This document shows positions 15,121 to 27,012 of a DNA stretch of 64,000 nt, in pieces. The translations under genes were made by a program, and so were the position numbers. How positions within the stretch are numbered: the stretch's first letter is position 1; each line of letters starts with the position of its first letter. The notes below the pieces were generated by a model that saw nothing but the letters and a program-made list of their open reading frames with translations, did no database searches and had not been told where the DNA came from. Location of the stretch: NCBI GenBank assembly GCA_964016885.1, contig OZ024742.1, forward strand, positions 49,910,001 to 49,974,000. The letters run 5' to 3'. Origin of the DNA: Eledone cirrhosa. Lineage: Eukaryota.

Positions 15121-15200
<80 letters not shown>

Positions 15201-15333
15201 GTGTGTGTGTATGTATATGTATATATATATGTGTATATATATGTATATATACATATATGTAGATATATATGTATATGTATATATATATACACACACACAG
15301 ACATATATATATATATGAACAGATATAAACATT

Positions 15334-17776
15334 CAATGTAGAAGAGCACTGGGAGTTCCTAAAAAATAACTTACTAAAGGCGAAGGATGAGATCTGTGGC
15401 TGGAGTAGGACCACAGGCAGGAGGAGAGTGACTTGGTGGTGGAACAATAAGATAGATGAGGCAGTTAAGGCCAAGAGACAGGCATGGAAAGAACAGGGGA
15501 AGCACTGTACATTACATAGAGACCAGGAGGGAAGCTAGGAGACAAGTATACGTAGTTAGGAGGGAAGCAGAGGATAGAAAATTTAAGCAAGTTTTGCAAC
15601 GTGAGGACCGCAAACAGGTGTTCAAGATTGCGAGGCAGTATGTCCGAGAGAATTGTGATGTCATTGGAGAGAAGTGTATCCGGAATGATAAAGGTGAGCT
15701 TGCTCTCACAAGTGCTGAAAAGAATGATGCGTGGAAGAGACATTATTATAGATTACTAAATGAGGAGAATGCATGGGAAGAAGAGACCCTACCCCAAATA
15801 GACTCTATAGAGGGGCCAGCAGTACAAGTCAGCAGCAGCGTAGTAAGTAAGGCAATTAAAGATATGAAGACGGGGAAGGCAACCGGTCCATCGGGTATAG
15901 CTGCCGAGATGCTGAAGGCATCTGGGTCGGTAGGTCACACCATAACCACACGTATTTTTAACCAGGTAATACTAGAAGGTGTCATACCAAAGGATTGGTG
16001 CAGTAGTATCATTGCCACCTGCTACAAAGGTAAAGGTGATGCACTAGATACAGGAAACTATAGAGATATAAAGCTGATGGACCAGGTAATGAAAGTAACA
16101 GAAAGAGCTATAGCACAGTGGATTAGGGACTGTGTGAAACTAGATGAGATGCAATTTGTGTTTGTGCCAGGAAGAGGCACCACTGATGCCCTCTTCCTCG
16201 TGAGGCAGTTACAAGAAAAGTACCTAGCTAAAAGTAAGCCACTCTACCTGGCATTCGTCGATCTCAGGAAAGCCTTTGACAGGTGTTCCCCGTGCTATAA
16301 TCTGGTGGCCTCTTAGAAAACTAGGAGTAGATGAATGGCTTGTGAAAGCTGTACAAGCCATGTATAGGGGAGCAGTTAGGATTAGCAATGAGTATAGCGA
16401 GGAATTTAGCGTGCAGGTCGGAGTCAACCAGGGCTCTGTTCTTAGCCCTCTCCTGTTCATCATCGTCCTACAGGCAATAACAGAGGAGTTTAAGACCAGA
16501 TGCCCATGGAAACTCCTGGATGCAGAAGACCTCGAACTCATAGCTGAATCTATGGTAAAGTAGAGAAGAAATTCCAAACTTGGAAGCAGGGACTAGAAAG
16601 AAACAATCTCAAAGTAAACCTGACAAAATCTAAGGTCCTTGTAAGTAGACAAGAAAACAGAACCCAGATCCCCTCAGGGAAATGGCCTTGCTCAGTGTGT
16701 AGGAAAGGTGTAGGTAGGAACTCAATTCTCTGCCCCAAATGCAAATTATCGTTACACAAGAGATGTAGCGGGATCTCAGGAAGCTTAATTAAGAATGTAG
16801 GCTTCACACGTAGGAGCTGTATTGTGACTGCAGACAGCAAACAGCCACAGGAAACAAGTACTACCAAACTCTGGGAGGACACTATAGAAACAGTAGACAG
16901 CCTCTGCTAACTAGGTGACCGAATTAGCAGTGGAGGTGAGTGTTCGGAGTGTACAATAACTAGCGTAAGAACGGGATGGAAGAAGTTCAGGGAGCTACTG
17001 CCACTGCTAGCTGCAAAAGGCTTTTCTCTTAAAATGAAAGGAAGGCTGTATGATGCGGTAATACGAACAGCAATGTTACATAGTAGTGAGACCTGGGCGC
17101 TGTCTGTGGAAGAATTGAGTAGATTAGAAAGAAACGAAGCCTGCATGCTCCGATGGATGTGTAATAGTAATATACGCGAATAGCAAAGCACAAACGAATT
17201 GAGAGAGAGACTGAGCATAAGAGGAATCAAATGCTGTGTGCAGGAGCGGCGGTTGCGTTGGTATGGACATGTGATGCGTATGAAGGCTGACAGCTGCATA
17301 AAAAGGTGCAGAGTACTAGAAGTCAATGGAAACCGCGGAGTGGGGAGACCCAAGAAGACCTGGGATGAGGTGATAAAAGCCGACCTTACCCAACTACACC
17401 TCTCAAAGGCGATAACACACGACCGTGACCTATGGCGTCACGCAGTAAAACAGAAAACCCGACCGCCCAGGGGTACCAGCCAAAGCTGAAGCATATAGAT
17501 AATATTCCCCCACTGCAAAATGGTCGTGGAGGTGCCATGGCAAAAAGCACACAGCCCACACTGTAAAGTGGACATGTAGGCGCCACGGAAAAAAAGCACC
17601 CAGCACTCACTGTAAATGAGGTTGGTGTTAGGAAGGGCAACCAGCTGTAGAAATCAAGCCAGTATCAGTTCCCGTAAGAGCAAGACTAGGTCAGCCGACT
17701 GGATACTGCCCACAACAGGACAACCTGTCTAACCCATGCTAGCGTGGAAGAACGGAATTAAAATGGTGATGATGAT
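15334..17776 (+). mobile_element. 5'-truncated RTE-clade LINE, pseudogenised RT with PHD-like Cys/His insert, 3' UTR and (GAT)n tail
   Basis: TWWWN, KATGPSG, YKGKGD-NYR, FVDLRKAFDR, GVNQGSVLSPLLF, degenerate YADD (DAEDL), RRLRWYGHV, GRPKKTW; several frameshifts and stops. Confidence 0.93.
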
Positions 17777-18040
17777 ATATGTCTGCTGTGTGTGTGTGTA
17801 TATATATATATGTATGTATATGAATGTATGTATATATATACAAATATATACACACATTCATATACATATATATATATATAATATATTGAGAAACACACAG
17901 ATACATGAGGACACACATATACATGAATATATCGACATCCATCCCTGAGTTAATGGTGCCAACCTTAACCGATGTTGCTCTATGAATAACTGGGACAAAC
18001 CAATCCGAATGGATTAGACTGAACCAGTATCAGAGCTAAA

Positions 18041-18270
18041 AGTACATTATGAAGAGAGAAGAAACATTTAGATATAATTACTAATAAGATGTATCATATC
18101 TAAACTGCTTCTAGATTCCTCGACTACCTCACAAAAGCTCTATATCTCTATGATGTATTGTTTTTGATTATGCCTGAAACTACGTAGTCGAGTAATCTAG
18201 AAGCAGTTTAGGTATGATACATCTTATTACTAATTATATCTAAATGTTTCTTCTCTCTTCATAATGTACT
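18041..18270 (+). mobile_element. ultra-short PLE remnant: degenerate hammerhead, 3' tail and inverted tail copy
   Basis: IR arms 18041-18127 / 18184-18270; spacer holds ctc...tgatg...gaaac-tacgta-gtc-gag; followed by (TA)n. Confidence 0.55.
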
Positions 18271-18504
18271 ATATATATATATATATATATATATTTCGTT
18301 TCTGAATTTGTTTAGCAAGATTCTTTATTTGAAAACGTGTGTTGAAACCGATATTGTTATACTTTGGGAGGGTCATGTTGCCAATAAGAAACACACGCAC
18401 CAGCCGCTTTCACTTCAATTTATTATAATAAATTTATAAATTTAGGAATTTATAAATTTCAGGTTGGTTGGTTGGTTCCACAACCAGATGGTTGTTTATA
18501 TATT

Positions 18505-18546
18505 GTCAAAGTTCTTTCTCACACATTCGGTGACCTCTTCAGTGAC
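18505..18546 (-). ncRNA. minimal type I hammerhead ribozyme (slightly decayed)
   Basis: reverse complement: gtca-CTGAAGA-ggtcaccgaatgtgtga-GAAA-gaac-tt-tgac. Confidence 0.55.
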
Positions 18547-19711
18547 TGGGGATTCTTTTCTTTGTTTTTGTGCCTATCCTTTGTTCTGTCCTACGCCATC
18601 TTGTTTCTGTGTGTGTGTTGTGTGCTCAGTCTGCGCAAGCGCCACATCCGGATGTCTGTGTGTGTTTATATTCGTTTATTTATTTGTTTATTTACATGTT
18701 ACTGGTTGGTTGTTTGTTCTATGTGCGTATGTGTTTTCATTTTGTCCTTAATTGTAAATTGTGATGTTGCTGTTTCACTCATGTTTTCTATTTAATTTTG
18801 GTTGTAATTCTTTTATGTTTATTGCCTCTGTGATTTGTCTAAACATTGCGTCTTTTCTGTGTGTAGATTCTATTTTTATTTCTATCTTCTCTAATTTACC
18901 CTTATGTTCTATTTTAGCACGTTGGTAGAGTACAGATGATTCTTTACTATCTTGAAGGTCTCGCCAGTGTTCATTTATCCGTTCCCCTACACTACGGGCT
19001 GTCTCACCTATGTACACTATATGTTTATCTCTACATTGTCCTTCAGTACATCTTATGCTATATACTACATTTCTAGTTTTACAGTTAATATGGAGGCTTA
19101 ATTTACAGGTTATACATTTCTTATCTATACAGGGGGGTTTTTGAAAAGGGTATGCCCCCATATTAACTGTAAAACTAGAAATGTAGTATATAACATAAGA
19201 TGTACAATGTAGATGGACAATGTAGAGATAAAAATATAGTGTACATAGGTGAGACAGCTCGTAGTGTAGGGGAACGGATAAATGATCACTGGCGCGAGAC
19301 CTTCAAGATAGTAAAGAATCATCTGTACTCTACCAACATGCTAAAATAGAACATAAGGGTAAATTAGAGGAGATAGAAATAAAAATAGAATCTACACACA
19401 GAAAAGACGCAATGTTTAGACAAATCACAGAGGCAATAAACATAAAAGAATTACAACCAAAATTTAATAGAAAACATGATTGGAACAGCAACATCACAAC
19501 CTACAATTAAGGACAAAATGAAAATACACACGTACATAGAACAAACAACCAACCAGTAACATGTAAATAAACAAATAAATAAACGAATATAAACACACAC
19601 AGACAACCGGATGTGCCGCTTGCGCAGACTGAGCACACAACACACACACATAAACAAGATGGCGTAGGACAGAACAAAGGAGAGGCACAAAAACAAAGAA
19701 AAGAATCCCCA

Positions 19712-19754
19712 GTCACTGAAGAGGTCACATAATGTGTGACGAAAGAACTTTGAC
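19712..19754 (+). ncRNA. minimal type I hammerhead ribozyme
   Basis: gtca-CTGAAGA-g-gtcacat-aat-gtgtgac-GAAA-gaac-tt-tgac; stem I gtca/tgac. Confidence 0.65.
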
Positions 19755-19900
19755 AATATATAAACAACCATCTGGTTGTGGAACCAAACAACCAACCGGA
19801 AATTTATAAATTCCTAAATTTATAAATTTATTATAATAAATTGAAGTGAAAGCAACTGGTTCGTGTGTTTCTTATTGGCAACATGATCCTCCCAAAGTAT

Positions 19901-19994
<94 letters not shown>

Positions 19995-20157
19995 GTTTAC
20001 ATATACATAAAGTCATAGATATATATGTTGCAACTAATCCGTAAGCAACTAATCACATTCTTTCTAACTTGACCACTGCCACGTCACGATTCTTAGCCAT
20101 TTTTGAATCTATTTTTGGTGCGATCACTTTGGAAAACTAAATGTCTAATTTTGAATT

Positions 20158-20238
20158 TGTCTCCTTATGAATCCGATACTCCGGACATATCCTATTAATT
20201 GGATGTCTAAAAATACGGATGAAACCTTGGTAGAGATA
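20158..20238 (+). ncRNA. type I hammerhead ribozyme with extended stem II, copy 1
   Basis: tgtctc-CTtATGA-atccg...ggaca(ta)tcc..ggatgtct...cggat-GAAA-ccttgg-TA-gagata. Confidence 0.65.
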
Positions 20239-20815
20239 TAATTACGGTATGTCCACATTTCTTCTAAGTTTGAATTTGCACCTAAATGTGTATGGTTGAT
20301 GGTATATTTAGTCAGTTTCTACATGCTGTTGAAATGTTGGATAAATACTCAATTGGGGCCACCGCGAAGAGGCCGCTTTCGGTTATTTGTCTGAAATTTC
20401 TTCATAAGAGCCTTTATTCTCATAGCTTCGTCTAATTGATTTTTTATATGGTTAATTATACTAATTGGGAGGGGAAATGGTATATATTTTATCTAAGAAT
20501 TCTAAGGACATGATTTATGATATATTGCTCTGATTATTTTATTTATTTATTCTTCATAGAGCCACAGCGTGACCGGTTGCAATATATATATCTATGACTT
20601 TATGTATATGTAAACCTTTATATTTAATAATCTCCCGTTAGGTTGAGATACAATTGGGCGATATTTGGCTGCGCTTTCTAGCAACAAGCCTACCCGCCGT
20701 AAGCAACTAATCACATTCTTTCTAACTTGACCACTGCCATGTCACGATTCTTAGCCATTTTTGAATCTATTTTTGGCGCGATCACTTTGGAATACTAAAT
20801 GTCTAATTTTGAGTT

Positions 20816-20896
20816 TGTCTCCCGATGAATCTGATACTCCGGACATATCCTATTAATTGGATGTCTAAAAATACGGATGGAACCATGGTAGAGATA
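20816..20896 (+). ncRNA. type I hammerhead ribozyme with extended stem II, copy 2
   Basis: tgtctc-CcGATGA-atctg...cggat-GgAA-ccatgg-TA-gagata; consensus with copy 1 restores CTGATGA, GAAA and CCATGG. Confidence 0.65.
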
Positions 20897-21177
20897 TAAT
20901 TACGGTATGTACACATTTCTTCTAAGTTTGAATTTGCACCTAATTGTGTATGGTTGATGGTATATTTAGTCAGTTTCTACTTGCTGTTGAAATGTTGGAT
21001 AAATACTCAATTGGGGCCACCGCGAAGAGGCCGCTTTCGGTTATTTGTCTGAAATTTCTTCTTAAGAGCCTTTATTCTTATAGCTTGGTCTAATTGATTT
21101 TTTAAATGGTTATTTATGCTAATTGGGGGAGGAAATGGTATATATTTTATCTAATAATTCTAAGGACATGATTTATG

Positions 21178-21210
<33 letters not shown>

Positions 21211-21749
21211 GACATATATATATATATATGTGTGTTTAATATGTTGGTCCTATAATTTGTTCGTATAATGAGAGAGAAATATTATCAATGACTTTTATGA
21301 TGATTTATATATTTTATTGTTTTTCTCATTCATATGGTTTGGTGGATGGATCTGCAGTATCAGTAGAGCGCAAGTTCAAATGTTTCGATATTAGTCACAG
21401 TTTTCTACATTCTATTCTCAAATCCTCCCAAGTACAACTTTGCTGTTCATCTTTTCCGGGTCGTTAATTAAAACATCACTTGATGATCAGCAGATTGGTA
21501 GAATTGTTAAATTGGAAAACCTATGGTACGTGTGCTACTGCTGCTGTTGAATTAAAATCCATTTTTGTTATGGGCAACTGGTAAAACTGCTAGTAGTTGT
21601 GACCAGCAACTAGTATCAACAATGGAAATACCAAGTGAAGCAGTTTACGTAGTCCAATTTGATGATCAGCTTCTTTCCCTTCTTTGCTTTGCGTATATAT
21701 TTTCCTCCCTGCTAACTTCCAACAGAAACTGCTAGTTCAGTTGGCTGAA

Positions 21750-22950
21750 TTTACATATCAATGAAGACTACCTTCCCATGTCGTTTTGGTTTGTATTCTC
21801 TAACTGCTTGGAAGATACGTGTCAATTTCAATTAGCTAATATCTGGACAATGGTTCATCTCCTGTTGGTCTCTTTGCATGTGTTTAGACATGTGCCAACA
21901 CTTATGCTATATGTCTGGTAAAGAGATCCAGCTAAAAGTATATTATACAGAATCATACCATGACTGAAGATGAAATAAACAATACAATTAATCCCTGTCT
22001 TCAAATATATTACCAATCTTGGACCTTGTCAGATAGGACCATTGCAGTGAAAAACGTTCAGATGGAATAAACATTTTTTCATGTCTTGTATAGCTCATAT
22101 ATCTAGGTTCTACAAACCCTGATAGCTTTACTGGTAGTCCTCTGAATGTTCGTATCAGCGCATGATAATCTGCAATATGGATCGAGGAAAGCAAGTGACA
22201 CAACTATGCATAGCTGCCGGACACATACCTTTAAACAGCAGCAATGGAAACAACTTTTATCACTGGCAAATCTACCACGTTCTTATCAACTCATATAAAG
22301 CTATGTGTGATAGAGAAATATCATACCAAAGACGAATACTTATCTCATATATACTTTACGCTATCAATGTTTATGATTACGGTAAAGATTAAGATTCTCC
22401 TGCATTTTCATAATCAGTTATTATCCCACTAAGCACCATATAAATACTTGTTCTTCTGTAGATAATGGTTCTCATTACATATTACGGCATGTCTTATTAA
22501 CATACATGGCGATGTGATTTGCCTTCTCAGATATACATGATATTGAAGTTTCGCATAAAGTCGTCTGGGTCCATTTTCTTATTCACTCTGACCTCACAGC
22601 TACATAGGGCATTACAGCGACAGAACGTAATGGGCAAAATGTACTTCAATCTTTTGAATAGATTAAAGTTTAGTGTATCGAATGTTTCAATGGCTTTTGT
22701 CTGAGAGAGATTGCTAAGGTAGAGCAGACAAGAGAACAGTCAATATCTTCATGTAATATAGTCAATATATCGCATAAATATTGCTCTTTAGCAGATAGTT
22801 TTCTATACCTGTTTCCAATGGAAAACTTTCAATCACTTCCTTTGTTAATCTATCGTGTCTTCTTTTAATATTATTGAGCTTGTCTGTTTAAATTAGGTGT
22901 CTGGTTTTCTTAGAGGACGCATTTCTAGTGATAACTATATACTAGACATT
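21750..22950 (-). mobile_element. highly degenerate non-LTR retrotransposon RT remnant
   Basis: minus-strand traces in expected order: GPDDF (~22560), then IHIADYHAL (YADD-like, ~22170). Confidence 0.4.
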
Positions 22951-23444
22951 GATAAAGCATAACAAAGCATGACCAAACTATACATCACAACAAAAAATTG
23001 TCTACTTTTACATATCCAATTGACATTTTTTATATCGTCTTAGTTCCAGTCATACAAAACTATATAAGTTGATAAACTGATTTATGCAGTATAAACATAA
23101 ATAACAAAGTAATTAATTACCATCACTTCCATTAAAATCTATATAGCGATTCTATGAAATTAACTTGATCATGCATGCTCGACGATATACAAGAATAATG
23201 ATTCCTTTTATCAGCGTAGTATCTGGAATGAGATATTGAAACCCATGTTTCTGTCATTAACAGTAATAATTAAAGAGGACAAATAATTTTAGCTAGGAAA
23301 TGAAACTTAATTAGAAGATCTTTATGACAATCGTTTACGATTGTTCACCTAAGGAAAAATAAACATTAATTAATCAATGAACGTTGTTATTAACATTAAC
23401 AGGAATAAACATTTGACAGCTTAAGCACCGTGTAAATCACCCAG

Positions 23445-23600
23445 TTAGGCGATGACCTGGCAGAGTCTTTAGAACGTCGGATAGAATGCTTTGTGGTATT
23501 CGTCCCAGGTCTCTCAGTTCAAATCTCGCCGAGGCCAGCATTGCCTTTCATCCATTAGAGGTAGAGAAAAAAGTATCAGTGTAGTAGTATTGAGGGCCAA
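23445..23600 (+). mobile_element. Deu/Nin-type SINE
   Basis: ggcgatgacctggcagagtc A-box, cagttcaaatctcgccgagg B-box, ttgcctttcatcc core. Confidence 0.75.
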
Positions 23601-24184
23601 TTCTTCCTCGATATCTCTTTCTCAATACTTATTCTTCACTTTCTATATTTTATCGGAAAAAGTCTGCTATGTTCAGACCTGGAGAGAGAAGGGCTCCACC
23701 GGAATTAAAATGCTAAAAAAACACAGTATTTCTCTAAGCTGCTCTTAGGATTCCACCAGGGGTTTTCAGCACATGCATGTACATTAATCCGATAAATGTT
23801 CTGGTGTATGTTTGATAGGAATAGCAATAATCTGTGGTCTCTCTGTGGGCGGGGCCGGATTTATCGAGGAAGATGGGGGTAAATGGCCTTGACTCCCTTA
23901 TTAAATAGGGCATCTCCTTTCCAAACATGGTCCCTACTTCCAACTGAGCTCATACAACCATTTAAGAACGGGTCCCTGATCATAAACATACTTTTACTTT
24001 TTAGAGTGTATGTTTTTAAAATTGTAATTGATATCGTTCTTGTGTCAATTTATCAAATGTGTACTTTAGCGACACCAGTTTGGGAAAACAGGCAAACTAT
24101 GGTGCATATGTAAGTATGTGTAAGTATGTGTAAGTATGTTTATGTATGTATGTATATGTGTATGTAGAGTTTTATAAAGTTGAC

Positions 24185-25430
24185 GTCAAGCCTCTGGAGA
24201 TATTCCTTAATCAGGTCCAGCCAACTCGTTCGGGGCCTGCAGCGGAGCCTCTTCCAGCCCAATGCTGCTGCGTCGAACAAGATTAAGGCCCTGGCAGAAT
24301 GATCTGTCCAGGAAAGATAAAATGTTCGTATCCGTGGATGTGGCGGATGGCTTTGATGCAGGAGGCTGCGGGCTGATTCGTTGGAAAATTGTTGTTACCA
24401 TATGATGCTCTCGATAGGCCTCAGGGCTCTGCTATCGAAACCGTCAATCCTCTTGACCAGGGTCTTCGTGAGTATCATATGCAGTGACTTCGGCGAACAG
24501 ACCACATCTGTGGTTGATCACTGAGGTCAGGTCCATTGTTGGTTAATGTGGAGCTCAGCTAAATGAAGGAACTAACAAACTGCATGAAGTCAGGGCCAAT
24601 ATGGAGGACTTGGGCATCGCTGAGATGCATCAGCTTGGTCTTCGCCCAACTCGCCTGAAGGCCAAACTTTGCTGATTCCTCCTGGGATATGATGAGTTCA
24701 ATCCACAGTTGGCTGATCGAGTTGCTGAATAGTCGGTAATGTCGTAGTTCCCGAAGGTAACTCCAGGAACACGCTCTAATGCCTAGGTCAACAGATAGTC
24801 GATACGCAGTCGAAGAGGCCATGGTGAATACGCAGCTCTGTCTGAAGTAACTGAAGATGGGAAACTTGTTGGGTTGCTTCTCATTCACCCGTACGCAGCG
24901 CTCGGCATGCAATAGACTCGTTCGAGCAGGGCGGTGATCTTGGGAGGTGCGCCGACGAGATTGAGGATATTACAGATAGATGCGAGGTAGACAATGTCGA
25001 AATCCGCCTTGTGGTCGACGAAGGTGACTTAGAGGCGAGTATCTTTGCGGAATTCCCGAACTCTTAGGATAATGAGACGATGGACAGGAATGTGCTCGGC
25101 GGTATAGTGATTTGGCCTAGATCTGGCTTGTTGTAGGCGGCATCTCCTTTAAATGGCAGGAAGGGCATGACTCAGCAGGATCCTGGTGAAGAGAGTGCTC
25201 AGAATGGAGAGGTGGGTGTTGCCTTTTTGATTGCTGCAGACGCTTTTTCGCTTTTTCACTCCCAGAAGGGGAAGATGATTCCCCAGATCCAATTATTGGG
25301 GAGCCGCTCTGACAACCACACACTGTTGATGGTGCGAGGGAGCCATGTTATATCCGTCCGTCTTTAACATCTCCACCCTGATAGTGCAGATTTGCGGTTG
25401 TTGAGCTTCATCAGGGTGGCACTAACATTG
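24185..25430 (-). mobile_element. degenerate RTE-like LINE RT fragment (GC-rich island)
   Basis: minus-strand VTFVDHKADFDI, ESAKFGLQASWAKTK, RPRTSWLDLIK motifs in order. Confidence 0.75.
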
Positions 25431-25704
25431 TTGGGGATGATAACATCGAATTTGAACGTGTCGTTCGTTGCGGTAGTGTTTGCAGTGGTGGTTAAGCTTG
25501 GATCGATTGGGAAAGGTGGGTGATGAAGTAGAAAGCTGAAGTGCTCCTTCTAGCGTTCGAGATTTGAAATTGATTAATAGTTTGTAACGAATTTCATCGT
25601 TAATTTTTATTGTTGCTTTCTTTTGTTTTCTAATAACTTATCACAATTAATTATTTGGCGATGACGCTATCCACTATATTATCGTTGAACATTTTTACAA
25701 TACT

Positions 25705-25900
25705 AATGGTTTCTGTTTTAGGCACAAGGCAAACAACGTTTCGCGATGGGGGATTATATTGACCCTATTGAATTACTGATACTTTATTCTAATTGACCCC
25801 GTAAGGATGGAAAACAAAGCTAGCTTCGTCGGGATCTGAACTCAGTAGGTAAAGCGCTAGAATGTTATGCCGCAACGCATGGTGTCCAAAACTATACAAT
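25705..25900 (-). mobile_element. Deu/Nin-type SINE
   Basis: ggcacaaggc...tgaccccgtaaggatggaaaacaaag...tgaactcag. Confidence 0.7.
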
Positions 25901-26280
25901 TCTACGGAAATCTGGTTAAAATGATTTATTCAAAATCATTTAAATGATAAGCTCACAAATATCTTGAATATTCCTTCAAACATTAAAACAATATATTTTC
26001 ACAACAAACTAATACAAAATATGCAGTAACAGCAAAAGAAAAAAAGAAAAAGAAAATGAATGATTATGATCTGTGTTAGAAAACATGTTACTAGTGACCA
26101 TATTTTTCAGCAATTTGACGTGTTCGTGATATTTAAGACATAACTTGAATATCTAAGTGCACACTTTAAGAGGTGCCCATAGCTATATACATATAAGATT
26201 GAGTATATTTTATATCTAGCGATATGAATAAACATTTGAATAAACATTTGAATGCGATATGAATAAAGATATGAATAAAT

Positions 26281-26695
26281 ATTTGAATGCCGTCAGCTAT
26301 GAATTTCGGAAACTGATAGCGTAGAGCGATCTATCGGATTTTAGCAGAAACAACGGTGGGCAACTGTCCACGACGACCATCGTTTTTGATTCTTCTCGTT
26401 ATCAAGACAGTGTTCCATTACCCTGCTCTCTGCTGGAAATTATTATAGGTGAAAATATATAGTTTTAACATATATGTATGTGTGCTGATTAGTCTCATTT
26501 GCATACAGAGCCCTCGGCCAGCTCGACCGAAACAGAGAGCAAAGTAAGGGAACACTGTCATGATAATGATCAGAGTAAGAAACGATGATCGTCGTCGAGA
26601 GTTAGCCACCCCTGCTTCTACTGGAATCTGCTAGATGGCGCTGCGTCATCAGTTTCCAAAATTCATAGCTGAAGGCTTTCAAACTTATATATATA
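26281..26695. mobile_element. MITE-like element with ~150-bp imperfect terminal inverted repeats
   Basis: tcagctatgaattt/aaattcatagctga, acgacgaccatcgttt/aaacgatgatcgtcgt, gacagtgttcc/ggaacactgtc, gctctctg/cagagagc pair in nested order. Confidence 0.75.
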
Positions 26696-27012
26696 AGTTC
26701 AATCCGTACTTCTTAATACATGAAAGGAAAGGAACCCCGTACAGAACGTAGTTTTTTCCAGGAAATCATTAAATATGTTACAGAAAAATGGGAAGTTCGC
26801 TTTTAGCTTTATGACTTTCATGAAAAGTAGTTCAGATAAAATGTCATTACAACGTAGTAAATGAACAATGGAAGAACATTGTAAATGCATATAATGATAT
26901 TAATGTTTGAATAATTAACTGCACTCTGTAGCACTTAGGAAATATAAATAATTAAAGTTCTCAAACTGACATGTTTTAAATATGCGAATGTAAATTGTAT
27001 TTTTATATACTA

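Larger units (their letters stand above)
18295..19908 (-). mobile_element. 5'-truncated Penelope-like element (GIY-YIG endonuclease end plus pLTR) with long inverted duplication
   Basis: ORF 19161-18775 has NVVYSIRC...YIGETAR...ERINEH...RQITEA...LN; arms 18351-19093 / 19158-19908; (TA)n at both ends. Confidence 0.9.
19991..21180 (+). mobile_element. non-coding 658-bp tandem hammerhead repeat (retrozyme-like or non-autonomous PLE derivative)
   Basis: direct repeats start at 20039 and 20697; 19991-20034 is the reverse complement of ~20576-20619; (TA)n on both sides; no ORF. Confidence 0.75.

Noticed and set aside
20360-20410. Possible second ribozyme in the 658-bp unit (minus-strand atgaaga...gaaagcggcc)
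   Set aside because: No closing stem I or stem II could be paired
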